Source: Hydrolagus colliei (Eukaryota). Taken from it: 64,000 nt of DNA. The notes beneath the pieces were generated by a model that had not been told where the DNA came from, searched no databases, and worked only from the letters and a program-made list of their open reading frames with translations. Below, in pieces: positions 13,415 to 27,719 of the stretch. Every line of letters begins with the position of its first letter. Position 1 is the stretch's first letter. The stretch spans positions 7,874,001-7,938,000 of the forward strand of contig CM068757.1 of assembly GCA_035084275.1 (NCBI GenBank), read 5' to 3'. The position numbers were made by a program, and so were the translations under genes.

Positions 13415-13866
13415 AATAATAGCCTTGCATTTCATATTGTCACATAGCCAAGACATCTCAAAGCGCTTCACAGGATACTGTATATTGTAAGATGAGTTGA
13501 CTGTATTTTGTGGGCAAAATACGGCAGCAGTTTCTGCACAGCAATGTCCCACAAACAATCATGGAGTGAGTGACCAAATTTATTTGGGGGGATTCGTTGG
13601 CCAAGACACTGGGGTAAATTCCATTCTCTTCTCAAATACAATACTGCCATGGGATCTTTAATGTCCCATTAAACAGGCAGACTGGACCTTGGTTTTATGT
13701 TTCATCAGAAGGATGGCATCTCTGACAAGCAACCTCACCCCCCACCCAAGCCAACACTGCATTGGAATGTCACTTTAAACTATATGATTCCAAGTCCGAA
13801 CATGGGGCTTGAACCCACAATCTTCTGACTCGGAGGTGAGAGTGCCACCATTGTTTCAGGCTGACA
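13415..13866 (-). mobile_element. Near full-length tRNA-derived Deu-domain SINE
   Basis: Minus-strand head ggtggcactctcacctccgagtcagaagattgtgggttcaagcccc (box B), Deu core gatgaaacataaaaccaaggtcc..taaagatcccatggcagtatt, L2-type tail. Confidence 0.88.
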
Positions 13867-14574
13867 CATTTTTGGGGGCACCCTTCCATTTCCTCTCTTC
13901 TTTGAAGTGAAATGAGCTTCTCAGCACCTTTGCCTTTCCTCACCCCCCCCCACATTTGATGTTGATAATTGAAAAACACAACTTGGGCTCATCAGTTAGA
14001 AGACAGATTTCCTATGGGTAGTTTTGTGAACTTTGAAACCTGCCTGACCTGATTTTATTATCTGAGAGTCGAATAAATTAACGATTGTACTGAAATATAT
14101 CTACTAAACACAATAAGGAGCTGTTATTATTGTACCTATATGTACATTACTCACACATCTATGAAACAGTCGTAAATTTAACTCGAGCTAATCTCTGCCA
14201 AGAGTTTATTTCAAACACCATAAAGTTCTAGTAGAAACTGCAACAGCAAAACAACCAGACTTTTTTAAAAAAAAACTTGCGAACAAACAACAACCTTTAG
14301 TTGGTGGAAAATACGATGTAGTAAAAGTGGCACAGCACCTAAATTTTAATACGAAGTGTACTTTGCATACAATGTACACAATCTCTGCACTTTGGAGTAA
14401 TTCCTGTGAATGCTAAAGAAGCGAAAAGGCACTCTTTCGAATGTAGGATTATTACTAACATCATAGTTAAAAATTTCCCTCAATCAGATAAACTGGTCAG
14501 ATCACCGTATAAAAGTGTGCAGGTGATTGGGATCAGAGTGAATGACTAACACTGGCACAGACTCAATGGGCTGA

Positions 14575-14775
<201 letters not shown>

Positions 14776-15604
14776 TAGCCTTAAGCTTTCAAATTGAGAC
14801 TTAATTTAATTTTTGTTTCAAAACTCTGCACAATTGTGAGATTTAATTTAAGGCTGAGAGCTTTTTGGTTCATTCTGATTGTTTTTGATGGAGACAATTT
14901 GTTTAGGCAGTAAAAGCTGCAATTTGCTCACATGACGAATGGATAAAAAGAATTCAGTCTTATCCCCGGCTCCTTCCTATGTCAAATCCAGCAAAAGTAG
15001 AGGTGATTTGGGGGTTAATATGTGTAAAGTATTTCTAAAAAATCATATTTTAGGAAATGCAAAATAGAGCCCTAATGTAACGGTGGTTGGAGTCCATTTA
15101 ATCCTGATTTATAAAGGGGACTTCGATCCCTGGAAAGCTCTCCTGCAGTCATTGTTCAAGTGACAGCCAGTTGGCTCGCTTCCTACTCTTTACAGTAAAT
15201 CCTGAGAAGCACTTTAAAACGTTTCAACAACATGATAAGACCCTGTATCAGATGCACAGAAAGATAAATAAATTTAGTGTTGCCAAGAATTTTGCATGTT
15301 AGCGAATGAATTACTGCTATGATTTTTGCTTGCTCATTTCTGAACAATAACTTACATTTATATATATATAATATACACATATATAATATGCACACATATG
15401 TATACATATACATATGTAGCACCCTTCATGTGGGGGCAGCGTCTGAAAGTGTGTGTAACCACTTTATTTCCTCCAAATCTGGATTGCCAAATGCCATCTG
15501 GTGCAATATTCATCTGAAAGTACTGCTCAGTGATACAATTTACATTTATATAGCGCCTTTCATGTCAGGAGGACATGGCATAATGACATATGTAATGGCA
15601 GTGA

Positions 15605-15850
<246 letters not shown>

Positions 15851-16344
15851 TAGCATGCAATTGGACCCGGGGGGCCCATTGAGTGTTAAAATGTCACTAC
15901 AAACATTGAAAAATATGCACAACACCATACTACTCAACAATAGAATGCCACCAGTGAAATGTTTATCTCTCCTAGTTATAAGACCCTTGCCAAATGCTGT
16001 TAAGTAATGTACAAACACGGTCATTGATCAGGTCCCTCCCCACTCCCCACCCCCCCACCACCCAAACCTGCACAGTTTGTGTTTGGTTAAAACCTATGCT
16101 ACAATCTAATTTGTGACAAATTTTTCAGGAAATATTGCTTTAGGCAGTGAGTTCATTCCCTGGTAAAGAGCACCATGACTTGCCATAACTTTCAACTCTC
16201 CTGTGAACTCTTAAATACTGTTTGTGGAATACACTTTTCCAATGTGCCCCTGGACAGACAGAGTTCTTCATGATTAAAAAAAAAGAATTTCATTTCTTAT
16301 CTTGCTGTCTGACCCAAACCTCTAAATACGATCTTGTGTTACAG

Positions 16345-16578
16345 GGGGAGACATCAGCCATGCAAAGGCCACCAAATGTGCTTGAAATGATGAAACAGTG
16401 GAAAGATAACATGGATGGAGATGAAGCAGAGGCTGAACCAAATATTAACAATACTTCACCCAGTGCTTTGTATCAAAACCTGGATAATATTCCTGAAGGG
16501 ATTGGTAAAAGCAATTGTACTTCTGAAGGTAGCACAGAAACTGGTTCTGGCAGCAGCAAGGCCTTGCCAGCTAAACAG
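16345..16578 (+). CDS. STK33: STK33 C-terminal exon (GETSAMQRPPNVLEMMKQWKD...ALPAKQ)
   Basis: gtgttacag|...CAG|gtaaga, 234 nt. RPxNVLEMMKxW is the STK33 post-kinase motif. Confidence 0.93.
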
Positions 16579-16941
16579 GTAAGACAATAATTTCATATCA
16601 AGCAAAAAATTCCACAACTGTTGGATGGATAAGGTATTAGAATGAACTGTCATTGCCAAGTACACTGTAACTTCAGTAATGTGGGTTGGATCATGTCCTA
16701 CACACACAAATCTCTAGCTACGGGATGTTGGTATCCATGACCACAAGTCCCAAATGATGAGGAAATGAGTATCAAATATAGATTCTGTTTTGTTAATTTT
16801 TAAAAACAAAAACAAAAATTCCCATGGTAGATCATTAGATAAAAAATCGTCTTGCGGTGTGCCAGGCATTTATATAAGAAGCCGTATGTGACCGCAGTGT
16901 TAAATTGCTAATCATTTTGTTTTTTAAATCTATTTTTTCAG

Positions 16942-17025
16942 CGGAATAAGAAGAACGCAATTGTGGGTTTGTCAGTCGATGGCTCACGTTTGATGAAGAA
17001 ACCGAACAAAGCCAGCAGCAACAAT
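16942..17025 (+). CDS. STK33: STK33 tail exon (RNKKNAIVGLSVDGSRLMKKPNKASSNN)
   Basis: tattttttcag|...AAT|gtgagt, 84 nt, open, phase 0-0. Splice-signal evidence only. Confidence 0.7.
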
Positions 17026-17327
17026 GTGAGTTCCAACAAAATAGTGCTTCAAATTGCAATTTAATTTTAGCTTTGATCTTAGCTAACGAACGAACTAACG
17101 AACTAAGTAAAAAATGATTTTGCTGAGAAGAAATGAAGTGTTCTTCACGTGCTAGATTTCATTACAATCAGATGAAGGACCTGATCCACGTTGAAGAAGA
17201 GCCAGCCAGGGTCAATCCCAACCTGTACCAAATGCTGCTGGGGAGATTTGAGATTGACTTGCTGCATTCTTTCATCACTCAGTCTCAATCCACTTTTCTA
17301 GCATGACAATGAAAAATAAGATTTATA

Positions 17328-17500
17328 TAATAATAATAATATTCCTTGCATTTGAGATAGCACATTCTCACATTGTTGAGACGTCTGAAAGCATTTCACA
17401 GAATATACTGCAAGTAAATTGACAGCATATTTTGTGGGCAAAATGGGCAATTGCACTCAGCAATATCCCACAAATTGTGGATTGAGTGCCCAAATTATTA
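17328..17500 (-). mobile_element. SINE 3' half
   Basis: (aat)n ccttgcatttgagatagcac..ttcacagaatatactg..ttttgtgggcaaaa. Confidence 0.78.
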
Positions 17501-17871
17501 TTTACTAGTAATACTAGTAATAGATTTAAATCAAGGACAACATAAGAGAATAGGAATTGTAGAAGTAATGGTTCTAATGCTGGGACTGTGTAGGTCTGTG
17601 AGGGAAAGCAAACTGGGTCTGTATAGGATAGGCATTGTGAGGGAGAGAAAACTTGATTTATATAGCACCCTCCACATAAAACAATGCTTCAAACTGTTTG
17701 ATAAATATAGTGGTGGACATGGAGCAGGGAAATCGTGATTTGTTGAATTTGTTTGAATTTTAAGTACTGTCTTTTGCAAACTATTTATGGAGAGATTGTG
17801 AATTTCCAACTTTGCTTTGATTTTGAAACAACCTTACGATTAAGATTTCTTGCATTTTTGATTCATTTCAG

Positions 17872-18093
17872 CTTCCCGGAAGCAGCAAGGTTTCCCCCAA
17901 ACTAAAAGTGAATCGATCGCCATTGCAAGATAAGCGAGAATGGTCCCCAACACATCTAGTTCCTTCAATCAGACCGAGTTCTATCTCTGCTAAGACAGAG
18001 GCACGTAGACCCCTAACCCCAAACGCTAATGGCTCCGGATATAAAAATGCAAATAAGTCAACTGCCACTTCCAAATCCAAAAAGAGCACATAG
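17872..18093 (+). CDS. STK33: STK33 last coding exon (LPGSSKVSPKLKVNRSP...KSKKST*)
   Basis: attcatttcag| then 73 open codons to TAG at 18091-18093. Ser/Lys/Pro-rich tail, followed by AU-rich UTR-like sequence. Confidence 0.8.
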   Translation, partial: LPGSSKVSPKLKVNRSPLQDKREWSPTHLVPSIRPSSISAKTEARRPLTPNANGSGYKNANKSTATSKSKKST

Positions 18094-19170
18094 GATAAAG
18101 AATTTTAACGGCGAAACTACTATACTGCAAAATGATGCCAAATGCAATACTTCATTGAAAAAGTACCCATGGATTGCACATTCGTACAGGGTGATTCTGG
18201 GCTTTCCACTCTTTGGAACTTACCAGTGTGAATGTTTGTGTTTGCACGTTGGATTCTACATTGTGTACTGTTGAAACAAGGAAACTGTTTTCACTGCGTA
18301 ACTTTCTTTTTAATGCGTGTTGATATTTTATAGTCTCAGACTCACTGTATTTCTTAAAGAGGCATCAGCTTTATTTTTCCATTTTAGAAATGATTTGCTG
18401 AAGTATGCTTTTTGCTGCTGTGAATGAATTTGATGTATGCACATTTAATTCGCCCTCACTGGTTTACCTGTAGAGTTCTTACAGACAGACAAAAGGTCCA
18501 AAATGCAAATGAACCAACACATATTCTGTAGTGAGGGTTGCGATATACACATTTTCTCAAACACTTAGCTCTGAGGATGTTTATCTAGCACTCAAAGAGC
18601 TGCCTATGCATTCACCACAAACATTAAGTTATGTTTAATCAATTAAAGCTGAATCAATTGCAGTGTTATTTGCAATACGTAAAAGTTCGAGCGATTTTAC
18701 ACTGATCTTTGCTGGGGATTATAGAAAATTATAAAGTATTTTGGATAGTAGCAACCACTTGTTAACACAGGTACTGTATTAATACAAAAATGCCTATTAC
18801 ATGGCTAAATGTAATTAGTTTTGTGGTTGTACCAGAGTTTGCATGTAATGAATTGCTGTTTTGTTTTAATATATTGAGGTGTTCTAAGATCGACTGTAGC
18901 TCCAAGCCATTTTCTGAGAGTGACATTTTCTGTGGAACTCCCAGAGCATTGAAATCCCAATGTGTTGTTCTGTGTTGAGAACATTACCACCACAGAAAAG
19001 CTTGCAATGATGTATCTTTTCTTTACACACTGATTCCTGAGTCTTGATTGTGAGACACAGAACAATCTTCCTTGTCTTAACATTTCATTCAGAAACTTTT
19101 TTTTCTAATTTAATACACCAAATTGTACTATTTCTATTGTAAATCACAAATAAATGCCGGTTTGCTCCTA
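18094..19170 (+). other. STK33 3' UTR (to proximal polyA signal)
   Basis: Repeat-free U-rich sequence after the stop. AATAAA at 19149-19154; further AATAAA near 19813 and 19954. Confidence 0.55.
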
Positions 19171-21244
19171 GCTACAACAATAAGAACTTCGATTTATATA
19201 GCGCCCTTCATGCCGGACGGTGTCTAAGAGCGCTTCGCTGGTATATTCCAGATACTATGCTTTATATTAACATTTTGATGGATTCTGGGCCTGAGGATTC
19301 AAAACAAGAATTATATCATAAGACATACCAATCTTTATGCAATCTATTACCATTTGAATACCTAATCAACTTCAAACTGCCCGACTGCTGCCCTTCATCT
19401 AACTCCAGTTCTAATGAATGTCTTCTGCATTCACACTTTTATACAGCCAATGGGTTTGATCTCATTTGATTGAGCTCTCAACGCAAAAATAGTGCAGCAC
19501 ACTGAACCAGCAGAGAGCAACAGTAGTAAAACTCAAACTTCAAGTGTTATCCACCTTTGATTCTGCTGAAGTGGAAGAGTTGGTCCAGCACAAACAGTTA
19601 ACCAATGAATGAATGAAATATACCTTGCTTTCCGCTGCTGAATGCCACACAGATGTAAATCACCATGATTCACCAGTGGCTCGAGTGTCCAGATAGGACA
19701 TGCAAAAGTGCTATTGGAAATGTGCCCAATGCGGCAAACAGAGAGGTTCTTTATGAATTCATATGTAATAGACTTACATCTGGGCATGCATTTCATTCAA
19801 AAACAGTTGCAGAATAAAATAGCGTGGGGCGAAATGTTGAGTGTTACAAATTTTGTTGAAAAAAATCATTTGAAAGTGTCAGTTATGTAAAATAACATGT
19901 CCTATGCTGATATCTTCCAGTAGCTGAGATGTGTAACTTCTCAAGCACGTGTAAATAAATTGTATGCTTCGGCATTATAATGGTTCTCAAAACACAGTTT
20001 TTCCATGGATTTGTTCATTTATTCTTTTACTGATTAACTATGTGACATAAAGAATTTTACATGCAGTGGATTGAACATTTTGTGTGTGATTTTCATGTAA
20101 TTGATGCCCTGCTTGGCATTAAAGCACATTTTGTTCTTCAGAATTCCTAAACGTTGCTCTTCTGTTACCTGTTTCAGCTATGAAAAAGAAAAATGTTAAA
20201 AGTACATACGCGTGTTCCGCTCATTTATTACTAATGTCCTTTCCTGCTTCCTATAGCTAGCTGTAATGATTAGAGTGTGTCTGTCATCTTCAGATAAAGA
20301 TAAAATGGATAAAAATGGGCAATTAACCTGATATCCAAACTGAACCTAACTTAGAAGGGGGGAGTAAAAATATTTTTGAGTATGGTCTGAATATGGAATA
20401 GGTTAATCTTGCTCAAGGCTCCAACTCGGGAGATCCTGAAATTCAGTGACATTATCGCACTTGGCTATGATTAGCAATTATTTGCCTGTTGAGAATGATG
20501 ACTTAGATCTGGCCATAACATTACTGGGGATCGGGAGACTGAAGTACTATATTTTCATTCAATGACTAAAAATAATCTAAATTCTCCTACATTTCGATAA
20601 AATCAGATCATTGTTCTTTTCATAGAGTTGCACACCTCATTAAAACAATTGGGTAATTAAAGATGCCTTGTAAATGCATGAAGCAAAATGAGGGGTTAAA
20701 GACAAGGGGAAACAAATTGCGCCTGAGTCTAGATTTACTCTAACCGTATAACCGTTTGGATCATCAGAATTTGTTCCTAACTTTGAAGGGTTTTTTGTAG
20801 TTTTAAAAGCAATTAACAGAAAACTGGCTTCAAATTTAAGGCTGTATTTAAGAATTTTTTAAATTCCAGATGTTGCGAAACGCTAAGAAATGATAGTGAA
20901 GCTGGATGCCATGTGGAATTTCTGCCCTTAGAACAGTACTTAGTGTGAATTTAAGAAAAGCTGTTGCAAAAAACCAATAGATTATAAAGGTGTTAAATGG
21001 ATTTCTCACATTAGATTTCACAAATACTGTGGACTAGTTGTTTTAATCTTGGAATTATCAGTATGATGAATCTCGATGATATAAGGAAATTCAGCAGAAT
21101 TAAATCTACAAGATTCTCCAACTGGAAAGGGATAAATCCTCAGATCTTGAACAAAACATAGTTTCTAGCTAATTCTTTTTTTTAGAAATATAAGCACAAG
21201 CAGCCTCTGAGTATTTTGAGGATAGCTGATGTTATTCATATTGA

Positions 21245-21465
21245 ATAATAATAATAATACTTGCATTTGATGTAGAGCCTTATCGCATTGTCAAAATATT
21301 CAAAGTCCTTCACAGGAATTATTGGAAAGTATATCCATTTGCAGAGTAACGCGGCAACTAATTTGCCCACAGCAACATCCCCCAAACACCCAATAAATGT
21401 TTGACCAATTTTACTTTGGGAATTGTTGTTCATGACGCTGGGAGAAACTTTGTTCTATTTTCGAG
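21245..21465 (-). mobile_element. SINE 3' half
   Basis: (aat)n cttgcatttgatgtagagccttatc..cttcacagga..cacagcaacatccc. Confidence 0.7.
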
Positions 21466-24454
21466 TAGCGTACAAAATAGTATTTCTTTCAGCAAAGTGC
21501 TAATTTCCATCTATTTTCTTATAATTTGCTCATTGTTTTATCTAGATGTAATTTTTAGAGTTGATCGCTATTCATCAACTCAATTCCCTGTATATTTGCT
21601 GTAACTTGGACAACAGATATTGGTTAGCTATTACCAAATTGCAATCAACTGTTCCCAGGTTCACTGAAGTGCTTTGAATTGTTTTGATGCCATAATTAGG
21701 TGCTATGTCAAAGACAAGGATTATTATTAACAACGGAAGCTTATTGATAATAACTTGTAATGCAGTGCCACACTGTGAAAACACTGCCTTAGTGTTGCAG
21801 CTAATGGAGGTCCGGTTGTACTATCTGGCTTGAAGAAAACTTTTGATTTACAAAGGTGCCAAGGCTAAAAATATATTTAACTGAACATAAACTGTATTGT
21901 GCTATCACAAAAAGGCTCCTGCAACACAGTGTTGAGGTACAAATTTGCCCGCAGACTGGTTTGTACTAATTAACAACTCTTTTGTGAAGTAACCGAATTC
22001 CATTTCCAGGGATGATGTTCAGTATCTGAGACCACTGTTGATAATCTCATTAAGTCCTCCTCACCTCGTCTTCTCTAGTTGCGATAGCAATGAACAGTGC
22101 AATCAATCAACTAAGCGAGTACAACCTTGAAACGTCATTGTTGACATCTGAACCTCACAAATTCAAGAGAATTTAGAGCCAAACTCCTGATCCCATTTAA
22201 GAGCGGTTTTGTGCTGCATGTATAATTGCTGCTTTTAATTTCTGCATGGTCAGTTATTTCACCTTTAAAAGCAAATAACAATGCTGCAATTGAATCCAGG
22301 TATGAAGCCAAGGGTTTCTTATACAGGTGGAATTTGATTTTGTTTTTTGCAAAGCTGTGGGCAGCTCCGATTTAAATAAAATGTGACATTACAGAAAATC
22401 ATTCTTTCCCTCTTTCTGGCTTCTGCAAATTACAAAGAGTTGCATAGAGTTTCACGGATGGAAACAGGCTGTTACTTAAATAGATTGGGAGCCAGCTTTG
22501 TCAAACAGCTGCAAATGGGATCTTAACTGCATTTTAACTTTGACTCTTCACTCTCATCTCTCTATATTCTTTGCTGCTTAAACCAAAACCCCAGTACAAG
22601 CTCCAAGTCGTGGCATCTTAGGGCTTTGGGCCTGGATGTAGACTTTTTAATTAGCTAATTTTAGCTACTATATTTCCGCACGCTGTCACTGGATGAAGCG
22701 GAGGTGGGAAGCAAGTTTCCTTTTATCTTTTATTTACCATCTCATTGGAATCTAATTTCTCTTACTACTGCCTCACCCGCATTTATTTTATTTAATTTTT
22801 TCCTCTCATTAACACCATTCCGCAATCTGCTAATTGGCCATCAGACCTCACTGCTGAGTGTACCATTTTTGGAACCTGTCCCTTTCTCTGGGGTTTTCTG
22901 GTTACCATTTCTGTTCTCATGTAGGTCTATGTCTGAAAGGCTTAAAACTTAGCTCCTTCTTTCAAATCCCCTGATTTCCAGTATTTGTTTTTTTGTAGCC
23001 TGAAATGAACTTGAAATGAAGCTACTTACAATAAAGGGTGAATCTGATGATTAAATGATAAAGTGTTTCCTAGATTTGTCTGTGTGCCAATGAGAGCTTA
23101 AACCACATGTCCAAAACTCAACAGTTTGTAACAGATTCTATGGCAGTACATTTTTTCACTTTTTCGACAAGAAGGGTTTAACTTTTACAGTTTTCTTTCC
23201 ATTACCTCAAAAGTGAAGATTTCCTCTTCTAAAGAAAAAAATGGTCTCCAAATGTGAGCAGCCATAGGGATCTAAATTTTGAGACGTCCTCCCCACATGA
23301 AAAGTGTTATACATATGTAATTGTATTGTTTTTCAAGACGCAAGGATGTGATGATAGATCAGACCAATATGGATCAATACGGATTGCAAATCCTATCAGT
23401 GGTAGACTGAAAGTGCTTGAGGTCGTCAGGGAAAAAGTGGGAGGAGTGGGGGAGAGCGGGCTGATTAAACACAAGACCTGTGTAAAAACATTGTTGGTGC
23501 TTAAATTCATGGGGACACTCAGGAAATTTCTCAATTTCCCATATAGGCTTTCCGTCCACTCTTGAATCCTAGAGACAAATGGAGGTCTGTGGGTAGCTGC
23601 CTTGATGTAGTTTTTTACATTGTTTTTCAAATGTTGTTTGAATTATCTATTGACCTGTTTTGCAGAGATGTAGAATGCACCGGAGAGATAGTTGAAAATG
23701 CAATTACTGTATATAGATACATTTTTCTTGAGTTATTTAAGATGCACAGTTCTGCAGCCACATTCAGCAATGTCAGATTTGATTCTATTTTGACCTTTCC
23801 TTTACCCAGGATATCTTTGGAGTTGAGAGGAACATGAATTTACCAAATGACTGCAAGTTATATTGTCATGGTGTACATAATTAAATTGTGAGGACTGTGC
23901 AAGCGATTATTTCATCTCTGTTCCAAGCAACACTGGTGAGCAATCTGACACACCTTATTATGAATCCTGTCCAGGCTACAATTACATTAGTTCAGTAAAA
24001 GATAATGTAATATACACACTCCAGCAGAAGTCTAATTGGAGACATTCCTACTGCAAACAAATTACTGAGCTGGAATAGTGCAGATTGTCAGGCAAGTCTA
24101 AACCTTGGTAAAATCTTGGTAATTTTTCCCTGCTTTTTTAATGAGCTTCTCTGATAGCCTTTGTGTTCTTTAAATATCCTAGGATGGAAGTGATTTTATT
24201 GTGAATGGCTGTTCCCCTCACTACCCTCAGCATCCTTTTACTTGCCCCTCCCAGCTCTATGATATACAAAACTGACCCCATCAGAGATGAAAACCTTGAT
24301 GCAGACCTTCTTTCCAATTGAATATGAAGGTAAACAGGTTGCAGACTGTCATTTGCTGTAGTTTGGATGAGCGGGTCACTGTGAGATAACGTTAAAATAA
24401 AGTCTCTCCAGAGAATAACAAATGAAATCCATTCTTAATTAATTAACAATTGCA

Positions 24455-24710
24455 ATCAGGTCCTCCTGTCTGCCTGTTCAGGTAGACCTTAAAAGAATCT
24501 AGTGGCCTGTTCAAAAAGAGAAGGTCCTTGCTTCCGGTGTCTAAGTCAATAATTCCCCCAAATAAAACCAGTTATTTACTTCATGGTTGTTTGTGGGACA
24601 TTGTTGTATGTAAATTGGCTCCCAAGTTTGCCTACACGGTCCTACACTAGATGGAAAATGAGACATTTTGACACAATAACATGCTGCAGTATATCAAAGG
24701 CAAGAATGAT
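24455..24710 (+). mobile_element. Deu-domain SINE fragment
   Basis: cctgtctgcctgttcaggtagacc..ccggtgtc..gtttgtgggacattgttgt..aaattggct. Confidence 0.7.
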
Positions 24711-26207
24711 TGCTATCCTATGAGTTTTATACTTTTATTTTTCCATCTTATCCCTGTGCACATAATTACCATTATTTGGTGATTTCTGAAAATCCTTTAT
24801 AACTTGTGCCTCACTTCATATAACTTAATGTCATATTACCGAAAAATATAGGCAAGCATTTAGAATGCTGCTATTATATGAAGTATGTATGTCACATTTT
24901 TATTTGAAGTGCTGCCATACTCTTCAAAGGGTGTTGTTCAGTACTAACAATACGTCTGTAACATGTGTCCATGATAATTGAAGTGAACACTTGCAGAGCA
25001 ATAGCTAGTTGTCTGCTCTTCTTTTTTTCTATGACCAGTGGAAAAGCTTTGTGTAGGTGTAATTGAATCTTAGGAAGATTATATTAAATTATACGAGATG
25101 ATGGATATTAAGGTAATAAATGATCTACAGTGAACATGTATTATGTTGGCCATCAAAACGGAACAGTGTCTCGTTGACTAAATGCTTTTGTATCTAAGTA
25201 ACTAATCAGAGCCTACGGTAAAAGCCACTTGAAACAATGGGTGACATTTTCAAAGTGAGTACCATCAATCGTTTTCCTGACATTTCCCGTTTTTTTGATG
25301 GCTTTTGTGATTTGGTTATTTGCAATTGTAATAAAGCAACTCATTTAAATATTACTGCAATTAGGTTTAACCCTGGAGAATAGCTGCGTACTTTTAAAAG
25401 CATTGCTTTCAAAGTGAAATGTTGTCAAAAATGATCTGATAGGAGATTAATGTACTGTGATCTTTGAATCCTGTCATCCAAATTGAATGTGTAAGTAACA
25501 TGATTTCATTCACTACTATAAGGGGAACATTCAGCAGACTGTGTCCTTTTTTTTACCCTGTTAATACCAACGGTTTTCAATCAAATATAATTAATGTTTG
25601 ATAACATCAACTTATTGTTAGTGGATGAATCAAAATCCATTTAGAAATTAAATACTCTTAAAATGTGATTTTATCAGGGAATTGATCTGATTGACTTTTT
25701 GGGTAATTGGATCCTATTTTTTAAATTCTATTAGCATGGAACTCAGTTGCACAGAAGCATTTATAGTTCAGTCCAGCATTTTGAAACCGTATCTGTTTGA
25801 GTTTGCTCACCTTCTGTTTGAGTTTGCTTTGTACAGTTTTCAGGAGCCTAATATTGATTCGTTTCAAGGAGTCAAAGTAGAGAGGAAAAAAAACAGGCAC
25901 AGTGATGATGCTTTGCCCCAGCTGTCTACTAAACGGTTGTAAAGTTAGTTGATCTTAGCCATGCTTACTAACAATTGGCTTCAGACTCCAGACCCTTACC
26001 TGGGGAGAACATTAGTGAGCGTCTTGTTCCCAATCATCAACCATTGACCCTTGCTGGTAAATGCACAAGTGGATGTTTGGTGAATACAATGATGCTTGCC
26101 ACAGTCAGATAGTCCATTAAGAATTATCTTCTCACATAATACAAGGTACTTGAGTGAGGAGCTACTGAGCTGAGACTGCCTTCAGCAAAGGAAAAGAGGA
26201 AAGGTTT

Positions 26208-26230
26208 GGGGGGAGGGGGGGGGGGGGTGG
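26208..26230 (+). repeat. Poly-G tract
   Basis: G6-A-G13-T-GG. Confidence 0.9.
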
Positions 26231-27719
26231 AATTCATGCGCTGGTTGTTACTTGTGCTTCTGATGTCTGGGATTCTAAATGAGGGAATTTTCCATTAAGA
26301 GAAGCAAATTTAAGACCAATTTGTTGAGGTTGATGATTGATAATACAAGTGAAGCTCCATGATTGGTCATTTACATGAAATCAACGCTGAAATTTGCGAC
26401 AACATAATCTGTCTGTACTAATGAAACAAATGATGACCTTTTCTAATGCAGTAAAAGCTACAGAATTATAATCACAGCATTAATACCTTGAGTCGACTGT
26501 AGGTGTCTCTTCAGATTTAACTACAGTACAGTACTTCACCCTAGAAGCATAAATGAACATTTGTTTTCATGTTTCCTAGAATGGAACCAGAACATTAAAA
26601 AAAAATAAAGTGCACAACAGATACCCAGGAGTAAAGGTGTATTGATTAGTTTGTTAAAAGTATAAGCTTGTATAAGTGGATAAATAGGCTGAAGCTCACC
26701 TGTGTCCTGTGCAACTGTGCACATAACAGCAAATAGGACAGCAAATGATCACTAAATAATTCAACCTGCATTTTTATTTTGCCGACCAATCACGGTAATG
26801 TTTCTCAGGATTGAAAAGGACTTTGTTCATTGTACTCCTGTGGAGATGCCCTACGTGGTGTCCTTGTGTCTTTGATTACTTACGGTGCACATCCAAATGA
26901 CTCAAGTTATTAAACAGTATAGGGAAGTTAGTTACTTTGAAGTCCAACACAAATATGCTTTGCAAAGCCCACCACTGCGAGACACCTTTAAGGGGAGCAT
27001 AAAGGTTATTCATTGGCAACTCACTGTGACAATGTTTTACATCAGAGCACATTGGAGGAATAAAACTAGAAAATGCACCGTTGGACACTGGAAGCTGGGA
27101 AGCTTAAATAACTCTGTTTAATGCAGTGATCTGCTCTCTTCCCCTCAAGGTGATGCACAAAATCAATTTTTTTTGAAAAAACAGGAGGTGCTGTACACAC
27201 AAGACTGGTATCTCCTGATAAACTTCCTCCCAATTTTGTGCTGTCCCTAAGCTGTTACTTCCCACGTCAATACCACAGCTACAAGGACACTTTTCTACTG
27301 TTTCTAGCAAAGCAGTAAGCGTTCGCTGTCACCCATCTGCTCTACTGTTGTCTCAAATCATCTATTTGCTACGCACATTTAGGAATCCTTTTTTTTGCTG
27401 TTCACTCAAGCAAGTTGCATTACAGGCAAAGCGATGAATAAATATCCTCACACAGCAGATCAAGTGATCGCAAGGGAAGTGTAGATGAAAAAGCCCTTTT
27501 GCCCATTTGATCACATTCTTCCAGAGTGTCATTCCCTCTCCGTTGTAGCAAGAGCTGTTTGTACATAAAATGATGTACATGCATGCTGTTTTCCTGCCAT
27601 TGGTGTGCAGAATGTTTAATTGCTCAGAGGAGTGAAGTTATCTGGCGTATGGGCAGAGATAAAGTAAAAGTGACACAGACATTGATAAATCCCTCATATG
27701 TGAGCTCGATGTATTGCAT

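Noticed and set aside
25792-25828. Short local duplications (also 103-133, 43060-43090, 55960-56005)
   Set aside because: Ordinary slippage-type tandem duplications with no sign of function.
26208-26230. Functional G-quadruplex
   Set aside because: A simple G run at the end of an old repeat; homopolymer length is also error-prone in assemblies.
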